DNA from: Cupriavidus sp. HPC(L)
GTDB taxonomy: Bacteria > Pseudomonadota > Gammaproteobacteria > Burkholderiales > Burkholderiaceae
Length of the DNA stretch: 32,000 nt
NCBI RefSeq assembly: GCF_000307735.3
Contig: NZ_AMPR02000135.1
Span: 6,345 to 38,344 of the forward strand
Direction of reading: 5' to 3'
The position numbers and the translations under genes are program-made. The notes beneath the pieces were generated by a model. It saw nothing but the letters and a program-made list of their open reading frames with translations, did not search any database and had not been told where the DNA came from. Below, piece after piece: positions 24,688-31,859 of this stretch; position 1 is the stretch's first letter, and each line of letters begins with the position of its first letter.

Positions 24688-25698
24688 TCAATCCGCCTGA
24701 ATCCCAAACTCCTTGACGATCCGCGCATAGCGGTTCGCATCCGCCGCAATCAGCTTGCCCAGATGGGTGGCATCCCCTCCGACCGGGCTGATGCCGAAGG
24801 TCGCCATCTTCTCGATGATGTCCGGCATCTTCAGGATTTCGTTGATATGCCCGTTCAGCGTTCGCACCACGTCAGCCGGCATACCCTTCGGACCGAGGAT
24901 CGCCTGCCACGCACCCACTTCGACGTCCTTGTAGCCGAGCTCGGCCAGCGTCGGCACGTTGGGCGCAAACGGCGAGCGCTTCGGATCTGCCACGGCGATC
25001 GGCAGCAGGCGGCCGTTGGTCACGTACTGGAACACGGCGCCATAGGTGGAATAGGTCATCGGCACCTGGCCGCCCAGCACGTCCACCACCGCCGGCGCGG
25101 TGCCGCGATACGGAACCTGCGCGATCCGCACGCCGGCCGCCTTGTTGAACAGCTCGCCGAGGATATGCATCGGCGAGCCGTTGCCCGGCGACGCATAGGT
25201 CTGCACCGTGCCGGCCCTGGCGCGCGCCACCAGATCGCTCATCTTGCTGATGCCGGTCGACTTGTTGACGACCACGAACAGCGACTGGCTGCCGGTCTGT
25301 ATCACCGGCGTGAAGTCGCGCTGCACGTCGTAGGCTGCGCCCGAGCCGGGCTTGAGTACGAGGGGGGCGAGCGCCACGGTGTTCGGCGCGGCCAACAGCG
25401 TGTAGCCGTCCGGCTGCGCCTTGGCGACGTAGGCGCTGCCGATCGTGCCGGCGGCGCCGGTGCGGTTCTCGACGACGACCGACTGGTTCAGCCGGATCGC
25501 TAGCTTCTCCGCGATCATCCGCGCCAGCACGTCGGTGTCCCCGCCGGCCGGATAGGCGACCACGATCGTGATGGGTTTGCTCGGATAGCCCTGCGCCTGC
25601 GCGGCGCCCGTGCCGAGCAGCGCGCCGGCCGCCGTAACGGCCGCCGTAACGGCCGCCGTAACGGCCGCGAACAGTTTGCGGGTGGTGGACTGCTTCAT
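24688..25698 (-). CDS. Bug-family (TctC-like) periplasmic substrate-binding protein
   Basis: A signal peptide precedes GYPSKPITIVVAYPAGGDTDVLAR and ENRTGAAGTIGSAYVAKAQPDGYTLL. It lies 37 nt downstream of the porin gene on the same strand. Confidence 0.9.
   Translation of the reverse strand: MKQSTTRKLFAAVTAAVTAAVTAAGALLGTGAAQAQGYPSKPITIVVAYPAGGDTDVLARMIAEKLAIRLNQSVVVENRTGAAGTIGSAYVAKAQPDGYTLLAAPNTVALAPLVLKPGSGAAYDVQRDFTPVIQTGSQSLFVVVNKSTGISKMSDLVARARAGTVQTYASPGNGSPMHILGELFNKAAGVRIAQVPYRGTAPAVVDVLGGQVPMTYSTYGAVFQYVTNGRLLPIAVADPKRSPFAPNVPTLAELGYKDVEVGAWQAILGPKGMPADVVRTLNGHINEILKMPDIIEKMATFGISPVGGDATHLGKLIAADANRYARIVKEFGIQAD
25627..25668. repeat. Perfect 12-bp x3 tandem repeat, plus a partial fourth unit, inside the Bug signal peptide
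   Basis: The unit ggccgccgtaac occurs three times, then ggccgc. It encodes (AAVT)x3 in MKQSTTRKLFAAVTAAVTAAVTAAGALLG. Confidence 0.9.
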
Positions 25699-25735
25699 GA
25701 TTCCTCCAGTTGTCTGCGTTCAGCGATGCCGGCGA

Positions 25736-26827
25736 TCAGAACACGTGCTTGATGCCCAGCATCGCGCCGAGCTGCGAGCCGCCGGGGCGCGTGTTCGAGC
25801 CCGGGGATCCACCGCTGACTGAAGTCGTCAGCGTGCCGTCGTTGTCGATGAAGCCCGCGGTCGCATAGACCATCGTCCGCTTCGAGAACGCATACGAGCC
25901 GCGCAGCGCGTACAGCATCTGGTCGTTGTCGCTGTGGCGGTATTTCAGGTAGTAGACCTGCCCGGCCAGCTGGAAGGCGGGCGTGATGTCGTAGGCCAGG
26001 CCGGCGTACCACATGTCGCTGCGCGGAGTGGGGCTGGCCTCGTTGTCGCGGCGGATCAGGCCGGCGCCGGCCTTGACGCGATCAAGCAGGACATAGCCGC
26101 CGACCGACACGCGATCGTCGGTCAGGCTGCTGCTCGTCAGGCCGGCAAACGCGCCGGGGCCGCCGCGCAGCGAGTCGTAGGCCGCATGCACGCCCCACGT
26201 CTTGGTCGCGTACTGGACCAGCGCCGACCAGGCGCGGCAGGCGCGCGCATCGGCGGGGTTCTCGCCCGCGCAATTGGTGCCGGACGGGCTCGGACCGGCA
26301 TTGGCGGCATCGCGGCCGAAGCTGTACGAGGCGCCCACCGTCAGCCCGCCGAAGGTGCCCTTGTAGACCACGGCATTGTCATGCCGCGTGTTGGGGATGT
26401 AGCTGTCCAGGGAACCCGAACCGTAGACGTTGGGCCCCAGGATGTCCGAATCGAGGATCGCCCAGAACAGCATCGTGTACTGCCGGCCCAGCGAGATCTG
26501 GCCCCACGGACCGGAAACGCCGACCCAGGCCTGGCGGCCGAACAGCCGGCCGCCCTGGTTGGCATTGCCGGTATCCGGGCCAAAGCCGGACTCCAGCACG
26601 AACAGGCCCTTGAGCCCGCCGCCCAGGTCCTCGGTGCCGCGGATGCCCCAGCGCGACGGCACCGTCGCCGTCAGGTTCGGCATGCGGACGATGCTGTCCT
26701 TGTTGGGGCCGACGTTGTTCACATACTCGACGCCGGTATCGACCACGCCATACAGCGTGACCGATTGCGCGGCCGCCATCACCGGCGCGGCGGCAAGCGC
26801 GGCCAGTGCGATCCGTCCTAATTTCAT
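25736..26827 (-). CDS. OmpC/Omp32-type general porin (Gram-negative porin family)
   Basis: The start MKLGRIALAALAAAPVMAAAQSVTLYGVVDTGVEYVNN has GGAAGGA upstream, so I prefer it to ORF start 26941. The protein has beta-strand periodicity and a terminal ..MLGIKHVF. Confidence 0.9.
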   Translation of the reverse strand: MKLGRIALAALAAAPVMAAAQSVTLYGVVDTGVEYVNNVGPNKDSIVRMPNLTATVPSRWGIRGTEDLGGGLKGLFVLESGFGPDTGNANQGGRLFGRQAWVGVSGPWGQISLGRQYTMLFWAILDSDILGPNVYGSGSLDSYIPNTRHDNAVVYKGTFGGLTVGASYSFGRDAANAGPSPSGTNCAGENPADARACRAWSALVQYATKTWGVHAAYDSLRGGPGAFAGLTSSSLTDDRVSVGGYVLLDRVKAGAGLIRRDNEASPTPRSDMWYAGLAYDITPAFQLAGQVYYLKYRHSDNDQMLYALRGSYAFSKRTMVYATAGFIDNDGTLTTSVSGGSPGSNTRPGGSQLGAMLGIKHVF

Positions 26828-26934
26828 TGCGATTCCTTCCCGATTCCGTCTTGTGGTGGTTCCGGCGGCCGCGTCGTCTCTGTGGCCGATCGCGTCCGTT
26901 CCTCGTTGTACTGGCAGTCCTGATGGCCTTTTGC

Positions 26935-26950
26935 GTTTCATATATAAAAC
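26935..26950. promoter_or_regulatory. Copy 1 of the palindromic motif GTTyCATATATGrAAC
   Basis: The sequence is gtttcatatataaaac, about 108 nt upstream of the porin start. Confidence 0.45.
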
Positions 26951-27101
26951 AGTGAATTACATAGGAAACGACAAGCGCAATATAGCGGGCGTTTTGGCCT
27001 CGGGCGGGCAGGGAATTCCCTAGCGGGCCGGTAGGTGTTTACGCGGATCTTCAGCGGAATTTCCGGGCGATATAGTCGAGAAGTTTTACCTAAGGACGTA
27101 G

Positions 27102-27117
27102 GTTTCATATATGGAAC
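27102..27117. promoter_or_regulatory. Copy 2 of the palindromic motif, the most symmetric copy
   Basis: The sequence is gtttcatatatggaac, 15/16 self-complementary. It contains the hydrolase ATG (27111). Confidence 0.45.
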
Positions 27118-27995
27118 AAAACTCCGACCGGCGCCAACCGGCCATGCTTACCCGGCTCGCCGACACGTTCGCGGAAACGCTGTCGACCGTGGATGCCAGC
27201 GGAGCGCAGGTGGCCTACCGCGTTGGCGGCGGCCAGGGACCTGTGGTGCTGCTGTTGCACGGGATCAGTTCGGGGGCGGCGTCATGGCTGCCATGCGCGA
27301 GCCTGCTGGCTGCCCATGCGCGCGTGATCGCCTGGGACGCACCCGGCTATGGCGCATCGACGCCGCTGGCCGAGCGCGCGCCGCGCGCATCGGATTACGC
27401 CGTGCGCCTGCAGGTGCTGCTGCGGACGCTGGATCTTCGGCCGGCGCTGATCGTCGGCCATTCGCTCGGCGCGCTGATGGCAGCGGCCTATCTGGCGCAA
27501 GCCGAACCGGACTGGCGTCCCGCGCGTGTGCTGCTGGCAAGTCCCGCGCAAGGCTATGGCGCCCCCGGCAAAGAACAGAAGGCGGCTGACGTTGCGCGGC
27601 AACGGCTCGAGGCATTGGCCACGCTCGGTGTATCCGGGCTGGCCGAACGCGGCCCGGCGCGGCTGTTGAGTCCCGACGCCGACGCCGGGGCGCGCGAATG
27701 GGTGCGATGGAACATGAACCGCCTGAATCCGGACGGCTACCGCCAGGCGGTGGCGATGCTGTGCGGCGACGACATCGGCGCCTACCTGGCGCGCCGGCAT
27801 GACGACGTACCGGTCGAGATCGGCTGTGGCACTCGGGACGTCGTGACGCCACCGATCGGCGCCGAAGCGCTGGCGCAGCGGTTCGGCCTGCCGTTCACGC
27901 CGATCCCCGATGCCGGCCATGCCTGCTACATCGAGCAGGCGGCCACCGTCGCGCGGTGGATTCGCGCGGCGTTGGACCAACGTTCCGCCAGCTAG
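27111..27995 (+). CDS. Alpha/beta-fold hydrolase
   Basis: 294 aa. It has the HG oxyanion motif (VVLLLHGISSG), the nucleophile elbow GHSLGA and a C-terminal DAGH. The start is uncertain: ATG 27144 (MLTRLADTF) is possible and the SD for 27111 is distant. Confidence 0.8.
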   Translation: MEQNSDRRQPAMLTRLADTFAETLSTVDASGAQVAYRVGGGQGPVVLLLHGISSGAASWLPCASLLAAHARVIAWDAPGYGASTPLAERAPRASDYAVRLQVLLRTLDLRPALIVGHSLGALMAAAYLAQAEPDWRPARVLLASPAQGYGAPGKEQKAADVARQRLEALATLGVSGLAERGPARLLSPDADAGAREWVRWNMNRLNPDGYRQAVAMLCGDDIGAYLARRHDDVPVEIGCGTRDVVTPPIGAEALAQRFGLPFTPIPDAGHACYIEQAATVARWIRAALDQRSAS

Positions 27996-28000
27996 ACAGT

Positions 28001-28026
28001 GTCGTTCCCGCGGACGCGGGGACGAC
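28001..28026. repeat. REP-type hairpin, likely the hydrolase terminator
   Basis: The sequence is gtcgttcccgcg-ga-cgcggggacgac. It belongs to the same family as 2516-2590. Confidence 0.65.
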
Positions 28027-28111
28027 AACATCACCTGTTTCCTGTCCGACACGCGGTTCCCGGGTAAACCCCAGTCCAATCCCGCAACGCCGAGGTCTAT
28101 AGTTCAGTCGT

Positions 28112-28127
28112 GTTCAATACATGGATC
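28112..28127. promoter_or_regulatory. Copy 3 of the palindromic motif (degenerate)
   Basis: The sequence is gttcaatacatggatc, 13/16 to GTTCCATATATGGAAC. It overlaps a TTCAAT -35-like hexamer. Confidence 0.35.
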
Positions 28128-28130
28128 GCT

Positions 28131-28146
28131 GTTCCATATATAAAAC
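28131..28146. promoter_or_regulatory. Copy 4 of the palindromic motif
   Basis: The sequence is gttccatatataaaac. It overlaps an ATATAT/TATAAA -10-like element 17 nt after TTCAAT, and lies 43 nt upstream of ATG 28189. Confidence 0.45.
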
Positions 28147-28188
28147 ATACAGCGAGACACCGGCCGATCGGAAAAAGGAGCAAGCGCA

Positions 28189-28494
28189 ATGGAAATCCTC
28201 GACTACAACCCGCAGCTCGCGCCCTGGGACAAGCCCGCGCCGAACAACGTGGCGGGCAAGGGCTATATCGAGCGGCCGGGCAAGGTGCCCAACATCGTCT
28301 GGCAGACGCGCTCGGCACTGCCGACCGCTTACGAGAACGCGCTCGGCGATGCGCTCGAGTCCGCCTTCGAAGCAGGCGCGACGACGCCCGAAGACGTGGT
28401 GCGCGCCTTCAACCGCGCCGGCTTCCTGACCGCCGATGGCCAGCCCTGGACCGAGGCGCGCTTCCTGGCCGAGATGCAGCGTCTGGGCGCCTGA
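28189..28494 (+). CDS. Hypothetical 101-aa protein with a recombinase-like helix-turn-helix tail
   Basis: It has a strong SD (AAAAAGGAG, 8-nt spacer) and GC-rich codon usage like its neighbours. There is no signal peptide. The tail FNRAGFLTADGQPWTEARFLAEMQRLGA resembles the G-x-x-W-x-x-x-x-(V/F) helix of serine-recombinase 'recombinase' domains. Confidence 0.65.
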   Translation: MEILDYNPQLAPWDKPAPNNVAGKGYIERPGKVPNIVWQTRSALPTAYENALGDALESAFEAGATTPEDVVRAFNRAGFLTADGQPWTEARFLAEMQRLGA

Positions 28495-28543
28495 CCCAGA
28501 CGACCCCCGACGACACCCAGCGGTCCCGCAAGAGAGAACAACG

Positions 28544-29614
28544 ATGGAATCGAACAAGCAAGCCCGCATCGAAGAACGGCTGAACACCGGCCTGCGCAAC
28601 TACTGGTACCCGGTGGCCGCGTCGTGGTCGGTGACCCATGCACCGATCGGCATCACCCGGCTGAGCCAGAACATCGTGCTGTGGCGCGACGGCGCCGGCC
28701 AGGTCCATGCGCTGGAGGACCGCTGCCCGCACCGCGGCGCACGCCTGTCGATGGGCTGGAACCTGGGCGACCGCGTCGCCTGCTGGTACCACGGCGTCGA
28801 GGTCGGCGGCGACGGACAGGTCAAGAGCGTGCCGGCGGTCGAGAGTTGCCCGCTCGAAGGCAAGACCTGCGTGCGCAGCTATCCGGTCCAGGAGAAGGCC
28901 GGCGCGATCTTCCTGTGGTTCGGCGAGCGCGCGCCGCTCGACGGTGCCGACAGCACCGATGCGCTGCGCTTGCCCGAAGAGCTGGAGAACCCGGAGCACA
29001 GCCACTTCCTGTGCGTCGCGCACTGGGACTGCAACTACCGCTACGCGATCGACAACGTCATGGACCCGATGCACGGCGCCTACCTGCATGCGGTCTCGCA
29101 TTCGATGGCCAGCGGCGAGAAGCAGGCGGTGATGGCCGTGCGCGAGACCGAGCACGGCCTGATGTTCGAGAAGACCGGCCAGCGCGGCGTCAATTTCGAC
29201 TGGGTCGAGTTCGGCGAGACGGGCACGATGTGGCTGCGCCTGGCGATCCCGTATCGCCCGAAGGTCGGCCCCGGCGGTCCGTTCGGCATCGTCGGTGTGG
29301 CGACGCCGGTCGACGAGGAACACTGCATGGTGTTCTTCTGGCGCACCCGCCATGTCCAGGGCTGGGAGCGCGATGTCTGGCGCTTCCTCTACCGCAACCG
29401 GCTGGAGAAGCTGCACTGGGACGTGCTGGAGCAGGACCGCGTGGTGCTCGAATCGATGGCGCCCAACGCCCGCGAGCACGAAATGCTCTACCAGCACGAT
29501 GTCGGCATCACGCGCGTGCGCCGTCTGCTGCGCCGCCGCGCCGAGCAGGAACTCGCCGATGCGCCGATCGCGATGCTGCAGCCGGCGGCCTCGGGAGTCG
29601 CCAGCCATGCCTGA
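28544..29614 (+). CDS. Rieske [2Fe-2S] non-heme-iron oxygenase, alpha-only (phthalate/VanA-type)
   Basis: I chose ATG 28544. The Rieske motif is CPHRGARLS...CWYHG. The mononuclear iron motif is NYRYAIDNVMDPMHGAYLH (N/D-x2-D-x2-H-x4-H). At 356 aa it is too short for a classical alpha3beta3 alpha subunit. Confidence 0.85.
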   Translation: MESNKQARIEERLNTGLRNYWYPVAASWSVTHAPIGITRLSQNIVLWRDGAGQVHALEDRCPHRGARLSMGWNLGDRVACWYHGVEVGGDGQVKSVPAVESCPLEGKTCVRSYPVQEKAGAIFLWFGERAPLDGADSTDALRLPEELENPEHSHFLCVAHWDCNYRYAIDNVMDPMHGAYLHAVSHSMASGEKQAVMAVRETEHGLMFEKTGQRGVNFDWVEFGETGTMWLRLAIPYRPKVGPGGPFGIVGVATPVDEEHCMVFFWRTRHVQGWERDVWRFLYRNRLEKLHWDVLEQDRVVLESMAPNAREHEMLYQHDVGITRVRRLLRRRAEQELADAPIAMLQPAASGVASHA

Positions 29615-30389
29615 GTTCCAGCATCCCGGCGACACGTCGTCGATGCTCGCCGGCCGCAAGGTGCTCGTTACCGGCGCCGCCCGCGGCCTGGGCCTGGCCT
29701 TTGCCACCGCGATCGCCGAGGCCGGCGCCTCGGTGGCGATGGCCGACATCCTGGCCGATCGCCTGCATCAGGAAGCGGAAGCGCTGGCCTCGCGCGGCCT
29801 GCGCGCGGTGGCGCTGCCGCTCGATCTGTCCGATCCCACCTCGGTGCAGGCCTGCGCCGCCGAGGCGGTGCGCAAGCTGGGCGGCCTCGACGGGCTGGTG
29901 AACAACGCCGCGGTGACCGACTCCGGCGGGCGCGACGCCAGCGCGATCGATATCGACACCTGGGACCGCGTGATGAACGTGAACGTGCGCGGCACCTGGC
30001 TGATGACCACGGCCTGCCTGCCCGCGCTGCGCGACAGCGGCCGCGGCGCCATCGTCAACCTGGCCTCCGACACGCCGCTGTGGGGCGCGCCGAACCTGCT
30101 GGCTTATGTGGCCAGCAAGAGCGCCATCATCGGCATGACCCGTTCGCTGGCACGCGAACTGGGCCCGGACAACATCACGGTCAATGCCGTGGCGCCGGGC
30201 CTGACGCTGGTCGAGGCCACCGAGTACGTCCCGCAGAAACGGCACGAGCTCTATCGCGAGCAGCGTGCGATCTCGCGCGAGCAACTGCCCGCCGATGTCT
30301 GCGGCGCCGTGCTGTTCGCGCTGTCCGATCTTTCCCGCTTCGTGACCGGCCAGACCCTGGCGGTGAACGGCGGTTTTGTCATGCACTGA
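29607..30389 (+). CDS. SDR-family oxidoreductase
   Basis: ATG 29607 overlaps the Rieske gene end by 8 nt. Motifs are VLVTGAARGLGLA, NNAA, S..YVASKSA (YxxxK) and FVTGQTLAVNGG. Confidence 0.85.
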   Translation: MPEFQHPGDTSSMLAGRKVLVTGAARGLGLAFATAIAEAGASVAMADILADRLHQEAEALASRGLRAVALPLDLSDPTSVQACAAEAVRKLGGLDGLVNNAAVTDSGGRDASAIDIDTWDRVMNVNVRGTWLMTTACLPALRDSGRGAIVNLASDTPLWGAPNLLAYVASKSAIIGMTRSLARELGPDNITVNAVAPGLTLVEATEYVPQKRHELYREQRAISREQLPADVCGAVLFALSDLSRFVTGQTLAVNGGFVMH

Positions 30390-30444
30390 CGTCATTGACG
30401 TCACTGAAGACCCTGAAGACCTGAAGACACCGAAGACCGAAGGA
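30387..30444. repeat. Two TGACGTCA palindromes followed by four or five (C)TGAAGAC 8-9-bp tandem units
   Basis: TGACGTCA occurs at 30387-30394, which includes the SDR stop, and again at 30396-30403. ctgaagac occurs at 30404, 30413 and 30421, ccgaagac at 30430 and cgaagga at 30438. The last unit doubles as the cupin SD. Confidence 0.8.
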
Positions 30445-30451
30445 AATCCAA

Positions 30452-30988
30452 ATGAGCGATCTCTCCGAACAACAAGACCTCAAGCGCAGCTGGGACCGTC
30501 CCGAGGGCGCCTCGTTCGAGCAGTGGATGGAGGGCCGGGTCGCGCGCTTTGCGACGCGCCGCTACGACTGGAACGCGCTGAAGTTCCAGGCCGACTACGA
30601 CCCGAAGTACCGCCGCGCGCAGATGCGCTATCTCGGCACCGGCGGCACCGGGGTGGCAGCGGACAGCAACACCGTGCCGTCGGAGCACTTCACCTTCTCG
30701 ACGATGATCATTCCGGCCGGCCATGAAGGCCCGTCGCACCTGCACACCGATGTCGAGGAGGTGTTCTTCATCCTGCGCGGCAAGATCAAGCTGGTGCTGG
30801 AGAAGGACGGCGAGCGCTACGAGACCATCCTGACCGATCGCGACCTGGTGTCGGTGCCGCCGGGCGTCTATCGCGAGGAAATCAATATCGGCGAGGAAGA
30901 CGCGCTGATGTGCGTGATGCTCGGTGCGAAGAAGCCGATCACGCCGACCTATCCGCCCGAACACCCGCTGTCGAAGATCAAGCGCTGA
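30452..30988 (+). CDS. Cupin-domain protein
   Basis: 178 aa. The pattern G.EGPSHLHTDVEEVFFILRGK....L.......L...D...VPPGV is the cupin G(X)5HxH...E / G(X)5PxG...H pattern. Confidence 0.75.
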   Translation: MSDLSEQQDLKRSWDRPEGASFEQWMEGRVARFATRRYDWNALKFQADYDPKYRRAQMRYLGTGGTGVAADSNTVPSEHFTFSTMIIPAGHEGPSHLHTDVEEVFFILRGKIKLVLEKDGERYETILTDRDLVSVPPGVYREEINIGEEDALMCVMLGAKKPITPTYPPEHPLSKIKR

Positions 30989-31022
30989 CAGCAGCGGCCA
31001 CCCGCCCCGACCCCGGATTCCC

Positions 31023-31844
31023 ATGACCGACCCTCTGCCGCCGGACACCGTCCAGGACAAGTACATCGTGCCCGGCCTCGAACGCGGCCTGCGGCTGCTC
31101 GGCGAATTCAGCCGCGCGGAACGCACGCTGAGCGCGGCCGAACTGGCGCGCCGCCTGCAGGCGCCGCGTTCGACCGTGTTCCGCCTGCTCGCCACGCTGG
31201 AGATGCTGGGCTTTGTCGAACGCAGCGACAACGGCCGCGAATACCGGCTTGGCATGGCCGTGCTGCGGCTGGGCTTCGAATACCTGGCGTCGCTGGAGCT
31301 GACCGAGCTCGGTGCGCCGCTGCTCGACCGGCTGCGCGACGAGACCGGCTATCCATGCAACCTGGTCGTGCGCGACGGCCGTTCGATCGTCTACGTCGCC
31401 AAGTCGGTGGCGCCGCGGCCGTTCGCCAGCAGCGTCAACGTCGGCACGCGGCTGCCCGCGCATGCAACGGTGCTGGGCCGCGTGCTGCTCGAGGACCTGA
31501 CGCTGGCCGAGCTGCGCGAGCTCTATCCCGAGCCGCGACTGGAAGCCTTCTCCGAGGGCACGCCGCGCACGGTCGACGCGCTGTTCGAGATGGTGCAGAC
31601 CGACCGCGAGCGCGGCTACGTGCTGCAGGAGGGCTTCTACGAGGCCAGCATCTCGACGATCGCCGCGCCGGTGCGCGACCGCAGCGCGCGCGTGGTGGCC
31701 GCGATGGGCGTGACGATCCCGGCCTCGCATATCGATCCCGGGGAACTGGGCGGCATGGTCGAGAAAGTCAGGAACACCGCGGGCGAACTGTCGCGCCTGC
31801 TCGACTACCGGCCGACGCTCGGCCGCAAGGTGGTCAACCTGTGA
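31023..31844 (+). CDS. IclR-family transcriptional regulator
   Basis: I chose ATG 31023. The N-terminal wHTH is GLERGLRLLGEFSRAERTLSAAELARRLQAPRSTVFRLLATLEMLGFVER. An IclR effector domain follows (..GAPLLDRLRDETGYPCNLVVRDG...). Confidence 0.9.
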   Translation: MTDPLPPDTVQDKYIVPGLERGLRLLGEFSRAERTLSAAELARRLQAPRSTVFRLLATLEMLGFVERSDNGREYRLGMAVLRLGFEYLASLELTELGAPLLDRLRDETGYPCNLVVRDGRSIVYVAKSVAPRPFASSVNVGTRLPAHATVLGRVLLEDLTLAELRELYPEPRLEAFSEGTPRTVDALFEMVQTDRERGYVLQEGFYEASISTIAAPVRDRSARVVAAMGVTIPASHIDPGELGGMVEKVRNTAGELSRLLDYRPTLGRKVVNL

Positions 31845-31859
31845 ACGGAGCAAAGCAAG

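Noticed and set aside
25627-25668. The short tandem repeats here and at 2635-2670, 22451-22485 and 30404-30444 considered as CRISPR-like arrays
   Set aside because: The units are 7-12 bp and directly abutting, with no spacers, and no cas genes are present. They are microsatellite or minisatellite repeats, not CRISPR.
28409-29749. A 446-aa minus-strand ORF opposite the Rieske oxygenase
   Set aside because: It is antisense to a gene with unambiguous Rieske and iron-binding motifs. The translation is low-complexity.
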